Of a stretch of DNA of 39,486 bases, positions 1 to 7,958 are shown piece by piece (positions within the stretch are counted from its first letter, which is position 1; each line of letters starts with the position of its first letter). Source of the stretch: a virus. Both the position numbers and the translations under genes were made by a program. The notes below the pieces were generated by a model. That model worked only from the letters and a program-made list of their open reading frames with translations. It did not search any database and was not told the origin of the DNA. The stretch lies in IMG/VR virus record IMGVR_UViG_3300036717_000038, positions 1-39,486 of that record; one strand, 5' to 3'.

Positions 1-91
1 GCACGCTCAAAATCCCAATGCGCGCTGTCATCTCCATCATTACAGTGGATTCCACAAAATGGAAATCACTGTAACGCTGGACGGCTACGGC
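1..91. repeat. Terminal direct repeat, copy 1 (identical to 39396..39486). It is either a circular-assembly overlap or terminal redundancy. Bases 1-74 are a duplicate of the 3' end of the gene at 39140..39469.
   Basis: Bases 1-91 match 39396-39486 base for base when aligned by eye. The ATG at 59 corresponds to 39454 and the TAA at 72-74 to 39467-39469. Confidence 0.95.
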
Positions 92-358
92 GCCGGCTCC
101 GGCTACGGCGACGGCTCCGGCTACGGCGCCGGCTACGGCGACGGCGCCGGCTACGGCTACGGCTACGGCTACGGCTACGGCGACGGCTACGGCTACGGCT
201 CCGGCGCCGGCTCCGGCTACGGCTACGGCTACGGCTACGGCTACGGCGACGGCTACGGCGACGGCGCCGGCTACGGCTCCGGCTACGGCTACGGCTACGG
301 CGACGGCTACGGCGACGGCGCCGGCTACGGCTACGGCGACGGCTACGGCTCCAACTGA
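59..358 (+). CDS. Gly-X dipeptide repeat protein (silk-like low-complexity protein), 99 aa
   Basis: The ATG at 59 overlaps the upstream gene's stop (72-74) by 16 nt. After MEITVTLD the product is 45 uninterrupted G-X dipeptides (X = Y, D, A or S) followed by N. It lies on the same strand as the early operon. Confidence 0.6.
   Translation: MEITVTLDGYGAGSGYGDGSGYGAGYGDGAGYGYGYGYGYGDGYGYGSGAGSGYGYGYGYGYGDGYGDGAGYGSGYGYGYGDGYGDGAGYGYGDGYGSN
83..352 (+). repeat. Hexanucleotide tandem repeat GGC-NNC (GGCTAC / GGCGAC / GGCGCC / GGCTCC), 45 units
   Basis: Direct reading shows that only these four hexamers occur over 270 nt. Repeat-shaped ORFs appear on both strands of the ORF track (GY-rich on +, RS-rich on -). 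Confidence 0.95.
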
Positions 359-396
359 ACACTATTCATCCACCACGCAAACACAGGAGAATCACC

Positions 397-597
397 ATGG
401 CAACAGCAAAGAAGTCGCTCGATATGGGCGCACTGCAGGACAACGCGGAGAAGGCGGCGCGCGAATACAAGGCCGCTAAAACGGCCTATCAGCGCGCATT
501 CGACGCCTTCACCCGCGCCGAAGAGAATCACGAAGTCGCGCAGAAGTCGCTGAAGGCTGGCGCTGGTCAATTGCTCGTTCAGACGAAGGTGATCTGA
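397..597 (+). CDS. Hypothetical small helical protein (66 aa)
   Basis: AGGAGA lies about 7 nt upstream of the ATG. The product is rich in Ala, Lys and Glu. No motif recognised. Confidence 0.6.
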   Translation: MATAKKSLDMGALQDNAEKAAREYKAAKTAYQRAFDAFTRAEENHEVAQKSLKAGAGQLLVQTKVI

Positions 598-905
598 TGG
601 CTACCGTCAAAGCGTTCATCCATGCCAAGCTTGAACCGCACTTCACACTGGTCGGCGGTAGCGAGCAGCGAGTCGGCTATTCTATTTTCTCGTTCGACAT
701 GACCAAAAGCGGTTACACCGTGGTCAAGGAAATCGAGGTCGAATTCGACGAGCCGGATTACAAAGACGTGGTCGCTGGCACTGTTCAGGCGATGCGCGAA
801 AAGCAAGCGGAATTGCGCGACGAAGTCAACACGAAAGTGGCGAACATCGAAGAGCAGATTCAGCGCTTGCTGTGCATCGAAAATCACTTTCAGAACGAGG
901 CGTAA
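597..905 (+). CDS. Hypothetical protein (102 aa)
   Basis: Its ATG shares a base with the upstream TGA (TGATG coupling). No motif recognised. Confidence 0.65.
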   Translation: MATVKAFIHAKLEPHFTLVGGSEQRVGYSIFSFDMTKSGYTVVKEIEVEFDEPDYKDVVAGTVQAMREKQAELRDEVNTKVANIEEQIQRLLCIENHFQNEA

Positions 906-907
906 CC

Positions 908-1867
908 ATGGCACTCTCACCCAAAGACCTAGCAATCCGCTCGACAGCGCTGTGGAGCACCGAAGCGGCCGCATGCCTTGGCCTGTCGAAGTACGGCACG
1001 CCGGTATCGGTCTGGATGGAGAAGGTCGGCCAGCGCGCCGAGGCTGACTCTGACGATGTCGACGAGGAAGACGCCGCCGCTGAGGAAGTCACGCAAACCG
1101 AGGCGATGTATTGGGGTCTCGCTTTGCAACCGGCCATTGCACGGCGATACAGCGAAATAACGGGCGAGCCACTCGACAGCCTAGAAGGCGTGACGATCTT
1201 CTCCGACGAGCATCCGTGGATGGCATCCCATTTTGATTATCGCCTGTCAAATAACCGTCGAAAGCTGGTCGAATGCAAGTCTTTCTATCCTTCTAGGAGA
1301 ATAGAGTTCGGCGACGAAGGCAGCGACGACGTGCCGATGGACTGCCTTGTTCAGTGCTTGCACGAGGGCTACATCGCGAAAGCCGATGTCGTGGATCTGG
1401 CCGTTCTGTTCGGCGGTCAGAAGTTCGAGATTTTCACAGTGCCGGTGCGTCAGGATGCCGTCGATATGCTGATCGACAAGCTTCATGCGTTTTGGCAGCA
1501 CGTCGAGAAGCGCGAGCCGCCGACGCCGCAAACCGACGAGGAAGTCAAGGCGTTGTGGCAACGTGACAACGGGCGGGAAGTCATCGCCACGCCGGAAGTC
1601 GAGCGGGCCTGCGCGCAGTTGGCGCAGATCAAGGAAAACCTGAAGGCCGGCAAAGAGGCCAAGGAATCCCTTGACGTGCTCATCAAGAACGCCATCGGCG
1701 AAGCCGCAGCACTCCGCAGCGCCGACCGTTCGCGCATCCTGGCGACGTGGAAGAACTCGAAAGACAAGTTGTCGTTCAACAAGACGCAGTTCGCGATCGA
1801 CAACCCGTCGCTGTACGAGCGCTACACGTCGATGGCTCCGGGTTCGCGTCGGTTTTTGCTGAAGTGA
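908..1867 (+). CDS. YqaJ / lambda-exonuclease-like PD-(D/E)XK recombination exonuclease
   Basis: I chose the ATG at 908 (MALSPKD...), just after the upstream TAA, instead of the track start at 872. The N-terminus STEAAACLGLSKYGTPVSVWMEKVG is typical of YqaJ. Putative catalytic residues are seen in ASHFDY and LVECKS. Confidence 0.8.
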   Translation: MALSPKDLAIRSTALWSTEAAACLGLSKYGTPVSVWMEKVGQRAEADSDDVDEEDAAAEEVTQTEAMYWGLALQPAIARRYSEITGEPLDSLEGVTIFSDEHPWMASHFDYRLSNNRRKLVECKSFYPSRRIEFGDEGSDDVPMDCLVQCLHEGYIAKADVVDLAVLFGGQKFEIFTVPVRQDAVDMLIDKLHAFWQHVEKREPPTPQTDEEVKALWQRDNGREVIATPEVERACAQLAQIKENLKAGKEAKESLDVLIKNAIGEAAALRSADRSRILATWKNSKDKLSFNKTQFAIDNPSLYERYTSMAPGSRRFLLK

Positions 1868-1874
1868 GGATGGG

Positions 1875-2510
1875 ATGACCCTATACGACGACTTGGGAGT
1901 GCCGAAAACCGCCGATACGCCGACGATCAAGAAAGCGTATCGGCGCAAGGCGCAGAAAGCGCACCCGGACAAGGGCGGCGACAAGGCGAAGTTCTACGCC
2001 ATCCAGCGCGCCTACGATGTCCTGGGCGACGAAATGCGCCGCAAGAAGTATGACGAGACGGGCGACGAGTCGGACCCGCAACCTGTCGAGCTTCAGGCGA
2101 TGGGCATCTTGGCAAGCCTGCTGCTGCAACTAGTCGAAAAGATCGATGTCGAGCACCAAAACCTGATTGACATTGCGCGGCAAGAGATAGCCAACAACAT
2201 CTCGAACATCAAGCGCGAAGTCAACAATGTCAAGGAGTCGATCAAGAAGCGCGAGAAGGCTATCAAGCGGATTTCGACAAAGGACGAGAAGAACATCGTT
2301 CGGCAGATTCTTCAGAACAACATTGCGGACCATAACCGGCATCTTTACGACATGCAAAACCAGATCGAAACGCTTCAAGCGTGCGAAGTGCTGTTGAATG
2401 GCTACAGCTACAAGGCCGATCCGAGCATGCAGCGCGGGCCGAGCATCAGCAGTATGTCGATTTTCGAGGCGATGAGTCGTCAAGCCGGTTGGCAAACGAG
2501 GAAATATTAA
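1875..2510 (+). CDS. J-domain (DnaJ N-terminal domain) protein with coiled-coil C-terminus
   Basis: LYDDLGVPKTADTPTIKKAYRRKAQKAHPDKGGD...YDVLGDEMRRKKYDETG carries the HPD tripeptide. No Gly/Phe region or zinc finger follows. Confidence 0.85.
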   Translation: MTLYDDLGVPKTADTPTIKKAYRRKAQKAHPDKGGDKAKFYAIQRAYDVLGDEMRRKKYDETGDESDPQPVELQAMGILASLLLQLVEKIDVEHQNLIDIARQEIANNISNIKREVNNVKESIKKREKAIKRISTKDEKNIVRQILQNNIADHNRHLYDMQNQIETLQACEVLLNGYSYKADPSMQRGPSISSMSIFEAMSRQAGWQTRKY

Positions 2511-2747
2511 ATGGAAATCCGAGAAGAACAACCCCCGAAGCAACGGCGCGGAACGCTCCAATTCCCGGAACTGCGCGACCTGAAGTCGGGGCAGGTTGCG
2601 GTCTACGATCTGGCCTATGCGACGAAGGTTCGGGCTTCCGTGGCGTACCTGCGCCGGTATGACGGGCTGGACCTGAAGACGACGACGGTCCCGGAAGCGA
2701 ACGAAATCAAGGTATGGCTCAATCCTACAACTGAGAAGGAAGAATGA
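2511..2747 (+). CDS. Hypothetical protein (78 aa)
   Basis: The ATG directly follows the upstream TAA, and the stop overlaps the next ATG (ATGA). Confidence 0.55.
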   Translation: MEIREEQPPKQRRGTLQFPELRDLKSGQVAVYDLAYATKVRASVAYLRRYDGLDLKTTTVPEANEIKVWLNPTTEKEE

Positions 2748-3085
2748 TGTTCGAATGGTTCAAAAAATTGCGAAAAATTGTTCGCAACTACGATTCGGAA
2801 AATGCTGGTCTGCATGCTCGTATGAAGGGGGCGGAAAATGCAATAAAAGCCGCTACCGTGATTGACGTTGACGTCGGATTCAGCAATCGTCGAATGGAGA
2901 ACAACATCATCGTTTCCGGAGTGTACCGGGGAAAAGCGCACATCGACATATTCACCGTTCACACGGACGATTTCAAACGATTGGTCGAGATTTTGAAGGA
3001 TATGGAGAGATACGGAAACGTTCGACGTATCGATGCACCACAAACAGTTAAAGCAACTTTTGAGCGCGAATTTAGAAATATCTAA
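2744..3085 (+). CDS. Hypothetical protein (113 aa) in a visibly AT-richer segment
   Basis: ATGA overlap with the upstream gene. Its composition differs by eye from the neighbouring genes. Confidence 0.6.
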   Translation: MMFEWFKKLRKIVRNYDSENAGLHARMKGAENAIKAATVIDVDVGFSNRRMENNIIVSGVYRGKAHIDIFTVHTDDFKRLVEILKDMERYGNVRRIDAPQTVKATFEREFRNI

Positions 3086-3097
3086 CGAGGAAAAATC

Positions 3098-4192
3098 ATG
3101 TTCAACGACGACGAAACCACGACCGAGAGGGTCGAAAACCCGTTCGGCACCAACCAAATGGCGCAGCGTGTCTCCGGAGCGCTGGCCGATGCCCAATCGA
3201 GCGGGGCCGTTGCTGAGATTCAAGGCATGATGATCTTGGCAAAGCGATTCCCGCGCGACGAGAAAGCATCGGTCGACAAGATACTGATGGCTTGCACGCG
3301 CCCGTCGCTGGCCGAAAAGGCGACTTACCAATACGCCCGTGGCGGCACCGACATTACTGGCCCAAGCATCCGCCTGGCCGAGACTATCGCGCAGAAGTGG
3401 GGCAATATAAAATTCGGCGTCGTCGAGATGTCGCGCAGCCAAGGGCAATCCGAAATGCAAGCCTACGCGTTCGACATGGAGACGCTGACCTTCGCCGAGC
3501 GCAAGTTCATCGTGCGTCACATTCGCGACAAGAAGGGCGGCGGCGTGGCCCTGTCGGATGAGCGCGACATCTACGAGTTGTCGGCCAACATGGGCGCTCG
3601 CCGGTTGCGCGCTTGCATCTTGGAATTGATACCGGGCGACGTGGTGGAGATGGCCGTAAAGCAGTGCGATACGACCTTGCGCACCAACATCGAAATCACG
3701 CCGGAATACCTGAAGCAAATGCTGGTGGGCTTCCTGAAGTACGGCGTTTCCAAGCAGCAAATCGAAAAGCGCATCCAGCGCACAATCGATTCGATTACGC
3801 CGGCGCAAATCGTGAATCTAGGCAACGTCTTCAATTCGTTGCGTGACGGCATGTCAGAGCCGGTGGATTGGTTCGAGCCGGAAGCCGAGACAGGCATCGA
3901 CAAGATGATGAAGGCAACCGAAAAGCGGGCCGCCGCCGCGTCAAAACCGGCCGACGTGAAGGAAGATAGCGGCAAGGTCGAGAACGCAGCGCCTGCGGGC
4001 GATACGCAAGGCGGTGGGGATTCCGTGACGCTTTCCGATGTCACGCAAAAGCTGATTAAGGCATTCCGGCGCGCGACTGATATAGACGTGCTCCAAGCCG
4101 ACGCAACGCTGATCGAAACGCTGCCGCCCGAAGAACAGGAAGACGCGCGCGCGGTCTACATCGAGCGGCTTGAAGCGCTGGGGGTGAAATGA
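3098..4192 (+). CDS. Putative single-strand annealing / recombination protein (function inferred)
   Basis: GAGGAAAAA lies upstream of the ATG. This 364-aa ORF sits in the same module as the YqaJ exonuclease and the RuvC-like resolvase. The segments AEIQGMMILAKRFPRDE and ITGPSIRLAETIAQKWGN resemble phage recombination-module proteins I recall. I cannot name the family with certainty. Confidence 0.5.
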   Translation: MFNDDETTTERVENPFGTNQMAQRVSGALADAQSSGAVAEIQGMMILAKRFPRDEKASVDKILMACTRPSLAEKATYQYARGGTDITGPSIRLAETIAQKWGNIKFGVVEMSRSQGQSEMQAYAFDMETLTFAERKFIVRHIRDKKGGGVALSDERDIYELSANMGARRLRACILELIPGDVVEMAVKQCDTTLRTNIEITPEYLKQMLVGFLKYGVSKQQIEKRIQRTIDSITPAQIVNLGNVFNSLRDGMSEPVDWFEPEAETGIDKMMKATEKRAAAASKPADVKEDSGKVENAAPAGDTQGGGDSVTLSDVTQKLIKAFRRATDIDVLQADATLIETLPPEEQEDARAVYIERLEALGVK

Positions 4193-4389
4193 TGGGAACC
4201 ATTACCAAACAAATCGCCGATGACGTTATTGCCGGTAAGTACGAATGCGACCGTCCTACTAAGATCATCAAATACACCAACGCATGGGGCGGCGAGGCTT
4301 TCGGCCTCGTGTGCGCCCATGAGGATCAAGACAGGTATCGGCCAACCGAATACGTCATTAACCCCACCGTGTATTGGGTGCATCCATGA
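4189..4389 (+). CDS. Hypothetical protein (66 aa)
   Basis: ATGA overlaps at both ends. Confidence 0.55.
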   Translation: MMGTITKQIADDVIAGKYECDRPTKIIKYTNAWGGEAFGLVCAHEDQDRYRPTEYVINPTVYWVHP

Positions 4390-4580
4390 CCAACTTCGTT
4401 GAATGCGACGAGTGCAAGGGGCTGGGGCGGAAGTGCGTCGAGAAAACGTCTTTCGTCGGGACAATGAAAACGGGAAAGCTTGAAACCGTCAACTGCGACC
4501 ACTGCCACGGCACCGGCCATGTGGAAATCAAGGAAACGCCGCACATCCAAGAGCGGCCCAAGCGCGTGAGGGATTGGTAA
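4386..4580 (+). CDS. Stand-alone DnaJ-type zinc-finger protein (two CxxCxGxG motifs)
   Basis: I chose the ATG at 4386 (ATGA overlap) instead of the track start at 4374. The motifs are CDECKGLG and CDHCHGTG. Confidence 0.7.
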   Translation: MTNFVECDECKGLGRKCVEKTSFVGTMKTGKLETVNCDHCHGTGHVEIKETPHIQERPKRVRDW

Positions 4581-5110
4581 TGGACAACTTCAAACTGCTC
4601 GGCACCGTCGAGGCCAAGTTCGACATCCCGCCCGAGCTTTGGGCGCAGGAGACTTGGCGCCAGGAGGCCGAGGGCAGCGCGCACGGGGATACGGAGACGA
4701 TATTCCTGCGCATGTGCCGACCTCGGACCGCTTGGGCGGTGTTCAACGATCTGCAGGCGTTTTTGACCGAGTATTCGCCACGGTTCGCCGATGCGTGCGC
4801 CTCAGTTTTGGCGCACACGATTATCGATTTCCCGAAGTCCAACGTCGTCGAAATTGGCCGTATCATGCTCGTCAAGCTCCGTGCCGGCGGCCAGATCCAA
4901 CCGCACATCGACCAAGGAAAGTACGCCGACTACTATGACCGAATGCACTACGTCATCGGCGGGGAGTGCGATTTCACCTGCGGCGAAGAGACCGTGCACA
5001 TGCGCCAAGGCGAGGCTTGGTGGTTCAATCACCGGCTGATGCACTCCGTCGTCAACAACGGCGCGGAAGACCGCGTACACCTGATTATCGACTATCGGAG
5101 GGCGGCGTGA
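4580..5110 (+). CDS. Aspartyl/asparaginyl beta-hydroxylase-type 2OG-Fe(II) oxygenase (cupin fold)
   Basis: The ATG at 4580 overlaps the upstream TAA (TAATG). The motifs are QPHIDQG (HxD) and WWFNHRLMHSVVNNGAEDRVHLIID. Confidence 0.75.
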   Translation: MDNFKLLGTVEAKFDIPPELWAQETWRQEAEGSAHGDTETIFLRMCRPRTAWAVFNDLQAFLTEYSPRFADACASVLAHTIIDFPKSNVVEIGRIMLVKLRAGGQIQPHIDQGKYADYYDRMHYVIGGECDFTCGEETVHMRQGEAWWFNHRLMHSVVNNGAEDRVHLIIDYRRAA

Positions 5111-5652
5111 ATATCCTCGCGCTTGATCCTGGAACCACGCAGACCGGATGGGCAATCGTCGCCGACGACATGCGTGTGATTCAACACGGCATCGAAAAAA
5201 ATTCAGAAATACTCGAAATCATTCGAAATTTCGAAACATACGCAGACGGTAAAATCGCTACCGAGATGATTGCCAGCTACGGCATGCCAGTCGGGCGCGA
5301 AGTCTTCGAAACCTGCATCTGGATCGGACGGTTCATCCAGGCATGGCGCGCGCCGGAAGAGGTCATCATCATCTACCGCAGGGAAGTGAAGATGCACCTG
5401 TGCGGAACGACACGCGCCAAGGATACCAACGTGCGACAGGCGATAATCGACCTGTACGAGCCGACCGGCGGCGGCGCAACTCCGCAGATCGGAACAAGCA
5501 AGCAACCAGGCCCGCTCTACGGCGTCTCGTCGCACGTCTGGCCGGCAATCGGCGTCGGCATCGTTGCGCACCATCAGAGCGGAAAATTGAAGCTGCCTGA
5601 CACGCTTCCGCTTTATCAGACCAACGGCGAAGAGAAGGCAGCACCTTTTTAG
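5107..5652 (+). CDS. RuvC-like Holliday junction resolvase
   Basis: I chose the GTG at 5107 (GTGA overlap). The N-terminus NILALDPGTTQTGWAI is typical of the RuvC/RNase H fold, and the product is about 181 aa. Confidence 0.8.
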   Translation: MNILALDPGTTQTGWAIVADDMRVIQHGIEKNSEILEIIRNFETYADGKIATEMIASYGMPVGREVFETCIWIGRFIQAWRAPEEVIIIYRREVKMHLCGTTRAKDTNVRQAIIDLYEPTGGGATPQIGTSKQPGPLYGVSSHVWPAIGVGIVAHHQSGKLKLPDTLPLYQTNGEEKAAPF

Positions 5653-5661
5653 GAGAAGAAC

Positions 5662-6042
5662 GTGAGCAACAATAATGCAGTAGTCATCCAGTATCTGGAA
5701 ACGCTGCGCGGAATTTGTTCTCTGCTGGAGAAAATCAGTTACGACGAAACGGGAACGTGCGTGGACGATGTAATTGAAGCCCTCAAGCAATCGCTCGCAC
5801 AGCCGCAAGCGCCGGTTGTGCCGGAAGGCGAGTATCTGTGCCCAAACTGTGTAACGCCGTGGAAGTGCAACGGGCCTCATATTCCCGAGCCAGCGCAACG
5901 GGATGAGAGGGCTGAATACGAACGCCATATGTCGCTGATAAATCCGTGCAAAGACGTGTTTGACGAGCATCAGTGCGAACGGATAATGCAATTGACATGG
6001 TGCACTTGGCAAGCCTGTGCCGCATCAAGGAGCAAGCCATGA
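5662..6042 (+). CDS. Hypothetical Cys-motif protein, paralogue A
   Basis: AGGAGAAGAAC precedes a GTG start. The C-terminal motif LINPCKDVFDEHQCERI...C.W is shared with the next gene. Confidence 0.6.
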   Translation: MSNNNAVVIQYLETLRGICSLLEKISYDETGTCVDDVIEALKQSLAQPQAPVVPEGEYLCPNCVTPWKCNGPHIPEPAQRDERAEYERHMSLINPCKDVFDEHQCERIMQLTWCTWQACAASRSKP

Positions 6043-6374
6043 ACGACCAACAGAAGATTGAAGCGTTGCGCGATGCATTGGACGATTTGATTGATGCCTA
6101 TGATGCGCACGATGGAAGTGCGTATTGTCAGCACGGCGTAGACGATGCGATTGTACTTTCTGGAAGGGCAGTTCTCGTGGCCACCGCCACCCCTCCCGCT
6201 CCAGCCGATGGGGGTAGGCTGGATGCGGAGAAAGAATTTGACCGTTGGGCGGCTTTAGTGAACATCTGTCAGGACGTATGGGATGAGCGTCAGTGTGACC
6301 AAATAAGGCATATCGCACGGTGCGCATGGAACGCCGCCATCGCCATGCAATCCAGCGGCAAGGAGGGGGTGTGA
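6039..6374 (+). CDS. Hypothetical Cys-motif protein, paralogue B
   Basis: I chose the ATG at 6039 (ATGA overlap). The motif is LVNICQDVWDERQCDQI...C.W. Confidence 0.6.
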   Translation: MNDQQKIEALRDALDDLIDAYDAHDGSAYCQHGVDDAIVLSGRAVLVATATPPAPADGGRLDAEKEFDRWAALVNICQDVWDERQCDQIRHIARCAWNAAIAMQSSGKEGV

Positions 6375-6568
6375 TGCTGAGATTTATAGTCGAATGCCAT
6401 GAATTTGATTTCAACACGGGCATGGAGCGTAAAGACATTGTGACGCTAGACCATACGATGCCAAAACTTGAGGCCATGTTAAAGAAAGGCGGCCAAGGTC
6501 CATCTGGTTTTGAATCATGGCGGCTACTTGGAGTTGAAATATTGGAGGTGAAAAGTGAACAAGGATGA
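6374..6568 (+). CDS. Hypothetical protein (64 aa)
   Basis: I chose the ATG at 6374, which shares a base with the upstream TGA. Confidence 0.55.
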   Translation: MLRFIVECHEFDFNTGMERKDIVTLDHTMPKLEAMLKKGGQGPSGFESWRLLGVEILEVKSEQG

Positions 6569-7055
6569 ACTGCCGGAGTTGCCTGTTGCTGAGGCATGGA
6601 GAGTAAAAGGCCACTACACGGAAATTTTCGTTGACTTTGGAGAAGCCAACAAATACGCGCTTGCAATAGGCGCAAAAGTAGAGCCGCTAATAGTAAGAGA
6701 TGAATGCCGAGAATACGCCCTTGCCACCATGCAAGCGGGGGAGCCGGTTGCCTATATGTGGATTGAAGGCGGCAAGCGTCTGAATGGAAGTGAATACGAA
6801 GCATGGCAAGAAACCGTATTCTCGCTCGAAAAGCCAGATGGCGAGCCATACTGCCTGACTTCACTATTCGCCCGCCCCCAAGCCACCAGCGAGGCCGAGG
6901 CAATGCTGGCGTATGCAGCAGAGAATGGGTGGCCTATGAGCATCGGCTATGGTGACGGAAAACCCTTGCGATGGGTATACCCAGGTCAAAGTATCGAAGG
7001 TTACGCCACGCCTCAAGACGCAATCCGCGCAGCGATGAAAGGGGCGGGATCGTGA
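6555..7055 (+). CDS. Hypothetical protein (166 aa)
   Basis: GGAGG lies 6 nt upstream of a GTG start. Confidence 0.6.
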   Translation: MNKDELPELPVAEAWRVKGHYTEIFVDFGEANKYALAIGAKVEPLIVRDECREYALATMQAGEPVAYMWIEGGKRLNGSEYEAWQETVFSLEKPDGEPYCLTSLFARPQATSEAEAMLAYAAENGWPMSIGYGDGKPLRWVYPGQSIEGYATPQDAIRAAMKGAGS

Positions 7056-7537
7056 TGCTCAGAACAGAAGGCGATTTTGTGCGAGCTGTGGATATGGCGA
7101 GGGATTTGACCAATCTTGTCATGCAATATTTGGCGCTGTGGCACAAGCACGCAAACGGCGTGAATGGGCTTGAAGCTCCATCAGGTCGGTATCGGATTGT
7201 GTTCCTTGCTCCGAGTAAGTCTGACGAAATCCATTTTGAAATTTTGTTGGCGGAAACGATAAGTCGTGAGGAACCTGTCTACTATGACTCAGATAGTGAT
7301 TACTTCTCTGAGTCATGGGGCGCTAGCAATATCAGTGGCTACACGACATCGTTCAGTACTGATATTGTGCAACGCTGCGTGAAGATGCCTATAGCTGCGC
7401 TGATGCAATCGCCGGAACAAATGGAGCGTTCAGTGATTGAGATAGCAGCAAAGGACAAGGTCGCCAAAGCAGAAGCGACAAGGCTGGCGAAAGTAGCCGC
7501 CTTGGAAAAAGAACTCAAGGAGCTGCAAAAATCATGA
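7055..7537 (+). CDS. Hypothetical protein (160 aa) with coiled-coil C-terminus
   Basis: I chose the ATG at 7055, which shares a base with the upstream TGA. Confidence 0.6.
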   Translation: MLRTEGDFVRAVDMARDLTNLVMQYLALWHKHANGVNGLEAPSGRYRIVFLAPSKSDEIHFEILLAETISREEPVYYDSDSDYFSESWGASNISGYTTSFSTDIVQRCVKMPIAALMQSPEQMERSVIEIAAKDKVAKAEATRLAKVAALEKELKELQKS

Positions 7538-7587
7538 TCGACACCAAACAGTTGGAAGAGTTGAAGGCCAAGGCGAGAGCGGCATGA
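7534..7587 (+). CDS. Possible 17-aa coupling micro-ORF (MIDTKQLEELKAKARAA)
   Basis: ATGA overlaps at both ends bridge two larger genes. It is too short to support otherwise. Confidence 0.25.
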   Translation: MIDTKQLEELKAKARAA

Positions 7588-7955
7588 ACGACGAAGCGCC
7601 AGAGCAACTCGAACTCCCGGAGAAATGGAAGATACCTTCCGCTTGGGCATCGTGGGCGATGGAGGAACGCAAAGGATGGACGCTCGCGCACGTCAAGAAG
7701 TCGGCCAAACGCTTCCACGAATACCACCGGCTCAAGCACAGCACGCGCTCTAACGTGGACGAATGGGAACTCGCCTTCAGGAGTTGGATTCGGAAGGAGC
7801 GGGATATAGGACCGCAGCAGGAAGACGGTAAGCAGCACCAGGGTGCGTTGTGCGCCGCGCCGAACTGTACGGCGTTAGGATCAATGGCACATCAGGGCGC
7901 CGGGCCTTGGTATTGCAGCGAGCATTTTTCTTTTTCTCACACCGAAAGGGCTTAA
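7584..7955 (+). CDS. Hypothetical protein with Cys/His-rich C-terminus (123 aa)
   Basis: ORF in the early operon. CAAPNC...WYCSEH suggests metal binding. Confidence 0.6.
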   Translation: MNDEAPEQLELPEKWKIPSAWASWAMEERKGWTLAHVKKSAKRFHEYHRLKHSTRSNVDEWELAFRSWIRKERDIGPQQEDGKQHQGALCAAPNCTALGSMAHQGAGPWYCSEHFSFSHTERA

Positions 7956-7958
7956 ATC

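Noticed and set aside
83-352. CRISPR array or replication iterons
   Set aside because: The period is only 6 nt with no spacers. No other repeat-spacer structure was seen anywhere in the window.
66-362. 98-aa Arg/Ser-rich ORF on the minus strand
   Set aside because: It is a mirror image of the GGC-NNC hexamer array. Every frame is open there, the ORF is antisense to the early operon, and it has no RBS.
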